This document shows, in pieces, positions 26,747 through 35,532 of a DNA stretch of 64,000 bases (positions are counted from its first letter, which is position 1; every line of letters begins with the position of its first letter). The notes under the pieces were generated by a model, which did no database searches, had not been told where the DNA came from, and saw nothing but the letters and a program-made list of their open reading frames with translations. The DNA comes from an uncultured Gammaproteobacteria bacterium (GTDB lineage Bacteria > Cyanobacteriota > Vampirovibrionia > LMEP-6097), in assembly GCA_964512985.1 (NCBI GenBank), contig CAZELI010000001.1, positions 31,191 to 95,190 of the forward strand, read 5' to 3'. Position numbers and translations under genes: made by a program.

Positions 26747-27448
26747 ATGAAAGCAAATCGTTCTGAGCTTGCAACTAGTGATTTATCAAAGACATCAGTA
26801 ACAAAAGTAAACAGACATATCCATAAACGGGATAAGTCAAAAGCAAAATTAGAAGAAGCTGCTGCAAGGGCAAGAGAATTGGCAGGTTCTCCAACAACTC
26901 ATAAGGGTTATCCTCATTTAATATTAAGTTCGTCTGAGATGCTTGTAAAAGCAAAAGATGAAACAGAGAGATCAGTGAGAGTCGAAGGTACTTTTGCTGG
27001 AAGAGATTTTAAAAAAGGTGAAAAAATTAGGGTTCTGGGAGGTGAAACTTATTCCAGGATTAAGATTCATAAATTAATTGAGCGAGGAAAAATTCATAAT
27101 GATGATCCTTTGCAAATTGGAAGAAGAAAATACGTTGTTCTTGGTGAAGATTCAAGAAAGATCAATCATAGTTGTGAACCTAATGCTGGTATAAATGGTA
27201 AACAAAAATTAATTGCGATACGTGATATCAAGAAAGGTGAAGAAATAACTTTTGATTATAGTACTACTGCTCATCCAGACATAACTCCAAAGATATGGAC
27301 TATGGAATGTAATTGTGGAGTAGAAGCATGTAGAGGAAAAGTACAAAATGTTTCTACTATTCCTCCCGAAATTTTAGCTAAATATCTCAAAGCTTCTGCT
27401 ATTCCTGACTATTTAATTCCAATAGCAGAGAAAATAGTTAATTCTTAG
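26747..27448 (+). CDS. SET-domain protein-lysine methyltransferase
   Basis: NHSCEPN, GEEITFDY and the post-SET Cys cluster CNCGVEAC. AGGGGA ribosome-binding site upstream. Confidence 0.8.
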   Translation: MKANRSELATSDLSKTSVTKVNRHIHKRDKSKAKLEEAAARARELAGSPTTHKGYPHLILSSSEMLVKAKDETERSVRVEGTFAGRDFKKGEKIRVLGGETYSRIKIHKLIERGKIHNDDPLQIGRRKYVVLGEDSRKINHSCEPNAGINGKQKLIAIRDIKKGEEITFDYSTTAHPDITPKIWTMECNCGVEACRGKVQNVSTIPPEILAKYLKASAIPDYLIPIAEKIVNS

Positions 27449-27450
27449 AC

Positions 27451-28827
27451 TTAACTCTGCGGAGCGGCTCTTAGAGATTTATTCGGTCTATGTTCTTGTC
27501 TAGGTCTTGCGATGGCAAGAGTGTCATCTGGAACGTTTTTAGTTATAACAGAACCTGCAGCGATATTACTTCCTTCACCGACTTCTACCGGTGAAACTAA
27601 TACAGAATTAGCTCCAGTAGAGGCGTTGGCTTTAATAACACATTGATGCTTCTCGCCAGTGCGATGATCGTAGTTGGCGATTACGGTTCCAGCACCGATA
27701 TTTACACCAGTCTTAAGTTTAGCGTCACCGATATAGCTCAAATGCGCTGCTGCACAGTTGTTGCCGATAGTAGAGTTCTTCACTTCTACGAAGCTTCCTA
27801 CTCTAACATTATCTGCGATATCAGATCCATCTCTAATATGCGCAAATGGTCCTACCTGGGAATTCTCTCCGATACAACTACTTGCAATATGCGATTGAAT
27901 TACTGTAGAACCATTACCTATCTCAGAAGGTCCATAGATAGTGGTGTTAGGACCAATAGTACAGTTGTTTCCTATTATCACTTTTCTTTGAATGTAAGTC
28001 CCTGGCATGATTACAGTATCGTGACCGATATCAGCATCAGAGCTAATCATAGTGGTAGTAGGATCTACGATAGTAACACCGTTCTTCATTAACTCATGCA
28101 GAGTCGCTTCATTCTTGAGCTTCCATACTAAGGCCAAATCCTCTCGGGTATTGACTCCCAGCACTTCATAAGGATTGTCGAGAGATACAGTACCTATAGC
28201 TTGACCTTGCGAATATGCCCAAGCAACTAAGTCTGTTAAGTAATATTCTTCTTGAGAATTATCGCTCTTGAGTGCATCGAGTCCAGGTGCTACTGTACTC
28301 CACTCGAAACAATAGACTCCTGCATTGACTTCTGTGATAGTGCGCTCGGCTTCACTGCAATCCTTATCTTCTTTAATCGCAATCACGTGCTTGTTTTTAC
28401 GAATGATTCTGCCGTAACCATGCGGATGCTCTAGGTTACAAGTAAGAAAGCTAAAGTCCATTATATTGTCGTGGTGAAATTGCAGTAGTTTATCGAGAGT
28501 CTCTGAGCGGATTAGAGGAGAGTCTCCGTTAACCACCATTACCGTTCCCTCATAATCTCTTAGAGTTTCACGTACACACATTAACGCGTGTCCAGTGCCG
28601 AGTTGTTCTTTTTGGATAACAGTGGTGACTGGATAAGCATGCAAGAAGCCCTCTAAATCTGTAGCTTTATAACCGCAAACTACGATGATTTCTTCGTCAG
28701 GTATTTCAGCAAGGCTCTCCAAGACCCAGGATAGTATTGGTTTATCAAAGACTCTATGTAACACCTTCGGTGTCTTGGATTTAAGCCTAGTGCCCCTTCC
28801 TGCTGCTAATACAATGGTTTTTACCAT
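27451..28827 (-). CDS. glmU: Bifunctional UDP-N-acetylglucosamine pyrophosphorylase / glucosamine-1-phosphate N-acetyltransferase
   Basis: LAAGRGTRLKS nucleotidyltransferase N-terminus. Hexapeptide-repeat left-handed beta-helix C-terminal half. Confidence 0.95.
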   Translation of the reverse strand: MVKTIVLAAGRGTRLKSKTPKVLHRVFDKPILSWVLESLAEIPDEEIIVVCGYKATDLEGFLHAYPVTTVIQKEQLGTGHALMCVRETLRDYEGTVMVVNGDSPLIRSETLDKLLQFHHDNIMDFSFLTCNLEHPHGYGRIIRKNKHVIAIKEDKDCSEAERTITEVNAGVYCFEWSTVAPGLDALKSDNSQEEYYLTDLVAWAYSQGQAIGTVSLDNPYEVLGVNTREDLALVWKLKNEATLHELMKNGVTIVDPTTTMISSDADIGHDTVIMPGTYIQRKVIIGNNCTIGPNTTIYGPSEIGNGSTVIQSHIASSCIGENSQVGPFAHIRDGSDIADNVRVGSFVEVKNSTIGNNCAAAHLSYIGDAKLKTGVNIGAGTVIANYDHRTGEKHQCVIKANASTGANSVLVSPVEVGEGSNIAAGSVITKNVPDDTLAIARPRQEHRPNKSLRAAPQS

Positions 28828-29089
28828 GTTCGCTATCTTATCACTTCAGTAGAAAATTAGATCTTTATATTTTCCTTATTATTAATAATTATTTAATCTT
28901 GTAAAGACTAGACATGGACTAGGTGCTTTGCTATCATTGTAAGAACCGACAATAAATAGTCAGTCGACATCTTTCCAAGCTTCTGTATCAAACTTGGTTT
29001 TAAAGCTGAAGGCATTGCTCTTGGAGTATTGCTAGATCTTAAGTAAAACAATCTGTTAGTACGCTTTAAATTTTAAGAAGTCAATAGTC

Positions 29090-29332
29090 TTGGCTCCTGG
29101 TTTGACGCGTTTGAGTGAGGAAAAAGACATGGTTGCACCATTAGCATTAATTACATTAGCAGCACCATTAGTTGGATTGGCAAGCTTAGCGACTCTTGGT
29201 CCTGCAAAATATCGTTCAGGTCATTCAATAGCAGAGAAGTGGTTTTTTGGTAATGGTAATACATTCACAAAGGACCGTGAGCTTGGTTGTGCTTTGGCAG
29301 CAAAAGATACTCCTAAATCTATCGCAGCCTAG
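29090..29332 (+). CDS. Possible small membrane protein
   Basis: Only an ORF with one hydrophobic segment (LALITLAAPLVGLASLATL). Non-ATG start, no further support. Confidence 0.25.
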   Translation: MAPGLTRLSEEKDMVAPLALITLAAPLVGLASLATLGPAKYRSGHSIAEKWFFGNGNTFTKDRELGCALAAKDTPKSIAA

Positions 29333-29345
29333 TTTAATTAGAATT

Positions 29346-31058
29346 TTATATAGCAGCAGCTAAACTTTTAGATTTCTCTCTATGACTTTCTGAATGTTCT
29401 GCTTTAAGATTTTCAATTTTAGTTTCAGGTTTTACTGTTTCGGTTTTTATTGCTTCAGTTTTAATTTCAGGTTTTGTTTTTACTTGATTAGGATCTACGC
29501 CTAATTCTTCAAGTTTAATGGCAAGTTGTTTTTCAAGTTTCTCTGCTTCTAGTTTAGCTTCGTGTGTTTTAATTACATTGTCTATCTTAGTGACTTTCTC
29601 TTCGTATTGTTTTCCACTATCTTTCACTAGATCATAAACTTCAAACGGTGACAGGAAAGTATGTTTAGTAAGTAACCAAAGTGTCTTAAGCCAATTATCT
29701 TCGAATTGTTCAGATCCTTCCTTAGCTTCAGATTTATTTTTTTGTATGTCTATATCATACATGTTCTTGATTTTAGGATCAAAAATTCTCCACTCATAAA
29801 TAAATGGTAAAGGGAATCTTGTGTAAACGTTTTGTGTGAGGAATTTGATTGCAGGCTTGGTCAGCTTCTCCATTAAGTTTGCAAATGGTTTAAGTATTTT
29901 GTAACTTAGATAGCTCCATTCAGGGCTTATTCTATTGTTTTTGGCGATACGTTGTACGCCTGATTTCAGGAAGGTTATAGGCACTTCAGTAACTATTCGC
30001 ATTATAGTAGACAGAGTAAATCCATTAATGAATGGAATACGGTCAGAGAGTACCGATGCTAAAGCATCACAAGTATATTGAACGAATGGTAAGAAGGTCT
30101 TGTCTTGAACCGAGTTCTCAAAGCAAGCGTCAAAGTTCTTACCTTCTAAGTGAATATTAGTTGAAGAGCTAACTACCGTAGTATTTAATCTATTGAATGT
30201 GTTCCATAATATATTGAGGAAACCTCTTAATGGACTACCTTTAACATCAGCAAAACCCGCTTGCTGAGTCTTTTTCGGCAGTAATAACATCGAAGCTAAG
30301 AAAGAGCCACCAATAGAAGTAAAGAACCATGGATAATTTACTTTTGGTTGTGTTTTAAGTGGTTCACCATCTTCTTTAAGAATAACCTTACCTTGAGAAT
30401 CTTTAATTACTTGACTATCATGTATACCAAGAGAGTATTTAAGAATAGTGTCCAAGCTAGGTTTGATTTTAGTTTCAAAGTATTTGCTGATGGTGTCAGC
30501 TACAGCTGCTATCGGACGTTTGGCTACTTCTTTAGCTAATTCTTGCTCCTCTGGTGATGAATGGTGTTTGGCAGATTTCTTGCTGACATTTTGATGTCTA
30601 GTCGCGGTTCTAGATGCAAATACTGTTTGTATAGCAAGAAGTTGTGACGATATCTCTGAAGGTAAATGTGGGAGCGTGAATCCCAAGATTTTAGTCTTAC
30701 CATTAAAAAGTCTTTCAGTAATAGTATTAATAAAGTCACAAGCGAAACGTGAACATAAATCATCAAATGTAGTCTTAGTAATAGATTCTTCCATGGTGAC
30801 ATGGCTATCTTTTATAAAATTACTAATTACTGATGGTAAGTAAGATCCAGTGGTAATTCTGGTCAGAGTTTTAATCAGATCAAAAAATAAGCCTACAAAA
30901 AAAGAACGCTCCTCAAGTGAAGGAGCGTTCTTTGGTTTAGAAATAGCTGGTGCCGTGTTTGTTTGAACCTTGGCACGATCAAAGTTAGCTGGGGCCGTAC
31001 TATGTTTGCTAGCACCCGAGCTAGTCGAGACTGGAGATGATTGGATTGTTGTTGACAC
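29346..31058 (-). CDS. Hypothetical protein (570 aa) with hydrophobic segments and a K/E/T-rich repetitive C-terminus
   Basis: Long ORF with GTG start. Tail is KPEIKTEAIKTETVKPETKIENLKAE. No domain recognised. Confidence 0.55.
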   Translation of the reverse strand: MSTTIQSSPVSTSSGASKHSTAPANFDRAKVQTNTAPAISKPKNAPSLEERSFFVGLFFDLIKTLTRITTGSYLPSVISNFIKDSHVTMEESITKTTFDDLCSRFACDFINTITERLFNGKTKILGFTLPHLPSEISSQLLAIQTVFASRTATRHQNVSKKSAKHHSSPEEQELAKEVAKRPIAAVADTISKYFETKIKPSLDTILKYSLGIHDSQVIKDSQGKVILKEDGEPLKTQPKVNYPWFFTSIGGSFLASMLLLPKKTQQAGFADVKGSPLRGFLNILWNTFNRLNTTVVSSSTNIHLEGKNFDACFENSVQDKTFLPFVQYTCDALASVLSDRIPFINGFTLSTIMRIVTEVPITFLKSGVQRIAKNNRISPEWSYLSYKILKPFANLMEKLTKPAIKFLTQNVYTRFPLPFIYEWRIFDPKIKNMYDIDIQKNKSEAKEGSEQFEDNWLKTLWLLTKHTFLSPFEVYDLVKDSGKQYEEKVTKIDNVIKTHEAKLEAEKLEKQLAIKLEELGVDPNQVKTKPEIKTEAIKTETVKPETKIENLKAEHSESHREKSKSLAAAI

Positions 31059-31139
31059 AGTATCTGTTAATACGCTTCGCTTATAATTCTAAAATAACAT
31101 GACGTGTTTGTGCTTTAAATCCTTCTCATATTGACAAAT

Positions 31140-31991
31140 TTAAAAGTGATTATATATTTCGCTTTTACTTAATTTTTCATTTTTATTTAAAATATAGACA
31201 GTGGGCAGGTTCTGTGTCATTTTTACTTCGCCAATTTGAGTGAAATTTAGGGGTATTTGCTCAAAACATCCTAATAATTCGTAATCTTCACCCCCATACA
31301 AAGCTAAAGATAAGTCGATGTTATTGTCTTTGGGAATTAGGTCTGGATCAAGCTCTATGTCTACCTTACTTTGTTCAACAATAGCATAAAGCGCCTGTGC
31401 TAGCCCGTCACTGGTGTCCATTAAGGCGCCCCGCTTATTATTCAGAAAAATACCCTGGGCTTCTTTAAGGCGGGGCTGAGGACGTAAATGAGAAAAGTGT
31501 CCACCTGGGGTGCTATTACCAAACTTACCTGTCACGCAAACCTTGTCTCCAGGCTGTGCGGTGCTACGTAATAGTGGTTGGGCAGCTTTACCAATTATAG
31601 AGATAGAAATAAAAGTGTCCGTTTTTGAGGCGGTGATATCCCCACCGATGACTTGAGGATTACCAAATTTCCTCGCGCATTCATTTAATCCTGTGTAGAA
31701 TCCTCTCACCCATTCTTCTTTATTAGGAATCTGCTTACTTAATGATAGTCCTACTAATACCCATAGTGGCTCGCCTGCCATGGCTGCTATATCTGAAATA
31801 TTGACAGCGAGTGCTTTCCAACCGATGTCTTCAGGACTAAAATAATCTTGCGAGAAATGCACTCCCTCAATAAAATTATCGACGCTAAATAAATAATTAG
31901 TTCCAGCTATATCAATCACCGCACAATCATCACCGATCTTAGAAGGATCTGGTAGAAGGGATTTGATGAGCTTGATTAATGTTTCTTCCAT
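31140..31991 (-). CDS. thiL: Thiamine-monophosphate kinase (AIR-synthase-related fold)
   Basis: GDDCAVI, DIAAMG and the DTSDGL block. Somewhat short (283 aa) for the family. Confidence 0.8.
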   Translation of the reverse strand: MEETLIKLIKSLLPDPSKIGDDCAVIDIAGTNYLFSVDNFIEGVHFSQDYFSPEDIGWKALAVNISDIAAMAGEPLWVLVGLSLSKQIPNKEEWVRGFYTGLNECARKFGNPQVIGGDITASKTDTFISISIIGKAAQPLLRSTAQPGDKVCVTGKFGNSTPGGHFSHLRPQPRLKEAQGIFLNNKRGALMDTSDGLAQALYAIVEQSKVDIELDPDLIPKDNNIDLSLALYGGEDYELLGCFEQIPLNFTQIGEVKMTQNLPTVYILNKNEKLSKSEIYNHF

Positions 31992-32839
31992 TACAAATTC
32001 TTCAACACTAATATTTCACTGCCTTTGGTTTCAAACTCAATGGCACACTCCGCGCCCACAAGTAAGATCTGAATAGTGTAATAAACCCAAAACATTAACA
32101 TTACTAAAGATCCCATTGAACCATAGAAATCAATAATCATGCTTAGGGAGAGAGACAGAGCGATGATATATTTACCGATTTCAAAGAGTACTGTTGCTAC
32201 AGCAGTTCCGACTAAGGCTGATGTCCATTGGATTCTACGGTTCGGTAAGAATTTATACGTAATTAGCAGTATTGCGCCTAGAATCATTGTAGAAGCCAGG
32301 TTGTTAAGAGTATGCAGTAATCCAATATCAGGGAAGTCATCATGAAACTGCAAACTTATTTTATTAAGAGTGAAGTTGATTATTAGAGTTATAAAAATCA
32401 ATAGGCAAGTGAGAGTTACAAAGATAAATGAAAGTGCTTGCTGCTCAAGAAAGCTTTTAATTTTACTTTTTTGGGTTTCTGTTTTGACTCTGTAGATGCG
32501 ATTGAGAGCGGTGTTTAGTTCCGTAAAGATCTTAGCTGAGGCATAGAAAAGAAGTAAGAAACTTATTATAGAATTAGTTAAATTGAAGTTTGCTGAATTG
32601 TTGAAGATGTCTTGTATCGCAATAATTATTTCTGGACCAGTGAAGTTTTCCATCCATTCGAGCATAAGTTTCTCTACATGCTCTTTATGGAAGATGAGAG
32701 TCGCAAAGTTAAGACAGAGAAACAACAGCGGCGGGAAGGAAAATAGCGTATGAAAGGTTATCGCTGCAGCTTTATCAGAATTAGCATTAAAGAACCAATT
32801 CTGAATAATCCTGGTCAAAAATTTTGGTTGTTTTGGCAT
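31991..32839 (-). CDS. YihY/BrkB-family inner-membrane protein
   Basis: 282 aa, about six hydrophobic segments, family-typical N-terminal AAAITFHTLFSFPPLL. Shares 1 bp with the thiL start. Confidence 0.75.
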   Translation of the reverse strand: MPKQPKFLTRIIQNWFFNANSDKAAAITFHTLFSFPPLLFLCLNFATLIFHKEHVEKLMLEWMENFTGPEIIIAIQDIFNNSANFNLTNSIISFLLLFYASAKIFTELNTALNRIYRVKTETQKSKIKSFLEQQALSFIFVTLTCLLIFITLIINFTLNKISLQFHDDFPDIGLLHTLNNLASTMILGAILLITYKFLPNRRIQWTSALVGTAVATVLFEIGKYIIALSLSLSMIIDFYGSMGSLVMLMFWVYYTIQILLVGAECAIEFETKGSEILVLKNL

Positions 32840-32894
32840 TGGAGTTAATAACTATTTTACATCACTAATCTGAAGTTTATTTTGAGCATCTGCT

Positions 32895-33278
32895 ATGATT
32901 ATTTTGATGCAAATTCACGACCCAAAAACTAGAAGAGAAGCTGGCTTACCTCCACTAGATCGAAAGTTACCACCGAGGCCTATGTCATGGACATCTAGAG
33001 CAAGAGTAGCATTAGCGTCAACTATGTTAAGTCTAGCTACTTTGCAAGCTCAGCCAGAAAGTACTTCTACAAGAGAATTGCACCAACCACAACCAACAGC
33101 ACCAGAAAGAGGTTACGAACCCATACCACAAAAAGCCCGTCCTTCAGTAATACCTGCTCCTGAACCAGCTACGCTTCATCAAGAACCAGCACCAGCCAAG
33201 AAATCAATCTTACTACTGCCAATATTGCCTTTACCAGTGCCTAAGCAAGTGATGGAAGTAAACTATGAATTAACTTAG
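32895..33278 (+). CDS. Possible secreted proline-rich protein
   Basis: ORF. An internal ATG at 32982, preceded by GAGG, gives a signal-peptide-like MSWTSRARVALASTMLSLATLQA followed by a P/Q/E-rich sequence. Confidence 0.35.
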   Translation: MIILMQIHDPKTRREAGLPPLDRKLPPRPMSWTSRARVALASTMLSLATLQAQPESTSTRELHQPQPTAPERGYEPIPQKARPSVIPAPEPATLHQEPAPAKKSILLLPILPLPVPKQVMEVNYELT

Positions 33279-33292
33279 TAGTTCTTACTAAC

Positions 33293-33952
33293 TCAGTTTA
33301 TTGCGTGTCGGATAGTTTCAAAATCTACAGGCTGGGCTTTTCCATTAAAAGACCCTTGAGTTTCCCAATCAGTGTTTGATTCTGACTGAGAATCTTCGTC
33401 TTTACCACCTGTAAAGTGAGTTGGAAGATCTTCTTTTTCTTGTTCGTATTTTCCAGATAAGGTTAATTTAACGTTAGGATCTTGTTTAGAAGCTCTTGAA
33501 TATATGCAATCATCGTCTTTCCAATATCTCACAGAATATTTATCAGAGTCTTCTATAGCACCCTTTGTAAGTTTTTGACCGTCATGAAGAAGGCTTATAC
33601 GTTTAGGTAAATCTAAAGAGGCTGGATCTCCGCTACTTTGTTTCTTTAATTCAAGTTCCTTTGTCTCAGAACGAGTAAAATCATACTTTGCTTCACGTTT
33701 AATTTCGCCATCTTCTGATTGATACATAAGTTTTATGATTCCATGATTCTTACTTTTAAAAGTCTCGTCTAAGGCTGCGAATAAATCTGTAAATCTTGTT
33801 AGTTCTTGGTTAAACAGACTCTTTGCTTTGGTCCTTCTATCAGCTGAAGCTCTACCTTCAAGAGGTAAAGATTCAGACCTAGCTTGAACCCAAGATTTTG
33901 CATTTAAGAAGTTTAAGTTTATTTTTAAGTTTATTGGAGGAGTTTTATTCAT
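33293..33952 (-). CDS. Hypothetical protein (219 aa)
   Basis: ORF with a TTGCAA-17-TAATAT promoter-like sequence upstream. No domain recognised. Confidence 0.5.
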   Translation of the reverse strand: MNKTPPINLKINLNFLNAKSWVQARSESLPLEGRASADRRTKAKSLFNQELTRFTDLFAALDETFKSKNHGIIKLMYQSEDGEIKREAKYDFTRSETKELELKKQSSGDPASLDLPKRISLLHDGQKLTKGAIEDSDKYSVRYWKDDDCIYSRASKQDPNVKLTLSGKYEQEKEDLPTHFTGGKDEDSQSESNTDWETQGSFNGKAQPVDFETIRHAIN

Positions 33953-34003
33953 ACTTTTATATTAAACTAATCCTTAATAAAATTGCAATACCTACGCTAT
34001 CAT

Positions 34004-34489
34004 ATGTCTATGCGTGCGATTTACCCTGGCAGTTTTGATCCACTTACCTTAGGACATTTGGATATTATTCAGCGGGCTTCGAAGATTTTTGATCAAGTTC
34101 TGGTGCTTATATCGGAGAATCCTGATAAATCAGGTCATATTAAGATTGCAGATCGTATTAAGCTTATAGAAGAAGCAACTAAGAACCTAGACAATATACA
34201 GGTCGGTTCCCATTTGGGTTTAACAGTGGACTATGCTAAAAAACATAAATTCCATGTGCTTGTTAGAGGTATTAGAGCAGCGTCGGATTTTGAAACGGAG
34301 CTGGAGATGTCCCAAATTAACCATAGTCTCTCAGATGGACTAGAGACTGTATTTCTTATGACTAGCCCTGAATATTCGTTTATTAGAGCTAGTAGAGTTT
34401 GGGAATTAATGGAGTTTGGTGGTGATTTGGGAGTATTAGTACCAAATAATGTCAAGAAATATCTAATACGTAAAACACCTCAGCGGTGA
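34004..34489 (+). CDS. coaD: Phosphopantetheine adenylyltransferase
   Basis: YPGSFDPLTLGHLDII signature. I prefer the ATG at 34004 over the track TTG at 33983. Confidence 0.9.
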   Translation: MSMRAIYPGSFDPLTLGHLDIIQRASKIFDQVLVLISENPDKSGHIKIADRIKLIEEATKNLDNIQVGSHLGLTVDYAKKHKFHVLVRGIRAASDFETELEMSQINHSLSDGLETVFLMTSPEYSFIRASRVWELMEFGGDLGVLVPNNVKKYLIRKTPQR

Positions 34490-34546
34490 TATACTATATA
34501 ACGTCATTATTGGGGAAATTTTGTTCCTGGGAGCTGAGGAGAATTT

Positions 34547-35158
34547 GTGGATATTTACGAAAAAATTGATGAAATAGGAGAATACATTGATCAAGCTAAA
34601 ATTATCCCTATTATTAATCAAAAACTCCTTGATGTAGATTATCTTATGAAGTCGCTTGAGGAGCTTTATGCCTCTGTCCCAGCTGAAGTTAAGCAAGCTA
34701 AAGAATTTATTTCTAAGTTAAAAGAGCGCGAAGAAGAATTAGAAAGACACGCTAAGGAATTAATGGAGCGCACTAAGGCTGAATGTGAGCGGTTAATGAC
34801 TATTGCTCAAGCCGAGTCTAGGAGACTGATTGATAATCATGAGATCAGATCTATGGCAGAAGATCAAGCACGCCAAATTCAAACTCAGGTTATAGAACAA
34901 ATAGAATACATGCGTAACGAAGCCAGTCTAGAAATAGAACAGATTAGAAGAGAGTCATTAGATAAGGCTCGTGAGCTAGAAGATGCTGCTGTTAAGCAAT
35001 CAAGAAAGGTTAGAGTTGAGGCCGATCAATATGCTGATGAGGTTTTGACACATATAGAATCGACACTTACACAAATTCAAGCGATTAGTAAGAACAGTCG
35101 TAAATACTTTGTGAACCATAGAGAGCAGGATATACTCGAAAGATCGAGCATGAACTAA
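34547..35158 (+). CDS. Coiled-coil protein of unknown function (ATPase b/G/H-subunit-like heptads)
   Basis: 203 aa with GTG start. Long E/R/K/Q-rich helical region. Confidence 0.55.
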   Translation: MDIYEKIDEIGEYIDQAKIIPIINQKLLDVDYLMKSLEELYASVPAEVKQAKEFISKLKEREEELERHAKELMERTKAECERLMTIAQAESRRLIDNHEIRSMAEDQARQIQTQVIEQIEYMRNEASLEIEQIRRESLDKARELEDAAVKQSRKVRVEADQYADEVLTHIESTLTQIQAISKNSRKYFVNHREQDILERSSMN

Positions 35159-35222
35159 ATCTTAAATAATTGTTTCTTATAGCAATCTAAAAGCCAATTT
35201 GCTAGTATCTTACATGCACTAA

Positions 35223-35297
35223 GCGGAAGTGGCTCAGTGGTAGAGCATTTCCTTGCCAAGGAAAGGGTCGTGAGTTCGAATCTCATCTTCCGCTCCA
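35223..35297 (+). tRNA. tRNA-Gly (anticodon GCC), CCA encoded
   Basis: Hand-folded cloverleaf: acceptor GCGGAAG/CTTCCGC, D stem GCTC/GAGC, anticodon stem TTTCC/GGAAA with loop TTGCCAA, T arm GTGAG-TTCGAAT-CTCAT, then T-CCA. Confidence 0.95.
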
Positions 35298-35332
35298 TTT
35301 TCTTACAGAATCCTTTTGTAAGAAACAAAAAA

Positions 35333-35447
35333 TTTCCTATGGAAATTTTTTGGGAGTTCGAATCTCAAGGCGACTTCGTCGCCTATTTCCGGGTCTCTGG
35401 TTCTCAATTTGAGTTATCCAGTGAGCGCTCCGGAAGAATCCGCTCCA
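35333..35447 (+). pseudogene. Degenerate tRNA-Gly 3' portion, interrupted by a ~70-nt insert
   Basis: TTTCC-TAT-GGAAA and GGAGTTCGAATCTCA mimic the anticodon stem and T arm. After an insert carrying hairpin GGCGAC-TTC-GTCGCC, the string CCGCTCCATTTTCT repeats the tRNA 3' end plus trailer exactly. Confidence 0.5.
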
Positions 35448-35532
35448 TTTTCTCTTAAGTAAGGCAGCCCGAAAGAATTGAAGGCAGGACGGGCTTTAAA
35501 GGGTTCTGTGCTTTCAAAAAGGTAAATAAAAA

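Noticed and set aside
35290-35453. Direct repeats of the tRNA 3' end, considered as attL/attR of a resident genomic island
   Set aside because: Only ~135 bp separate the repeats, and no integrase or cargo lies between them. At most this is a scar, so I reported it only as a relic.
35237-35458. 73-aa ORF in the track
   Set aside because: It is read straight through the tRNA-Gly gene and its degenerate duplicate, so it is an artefact.
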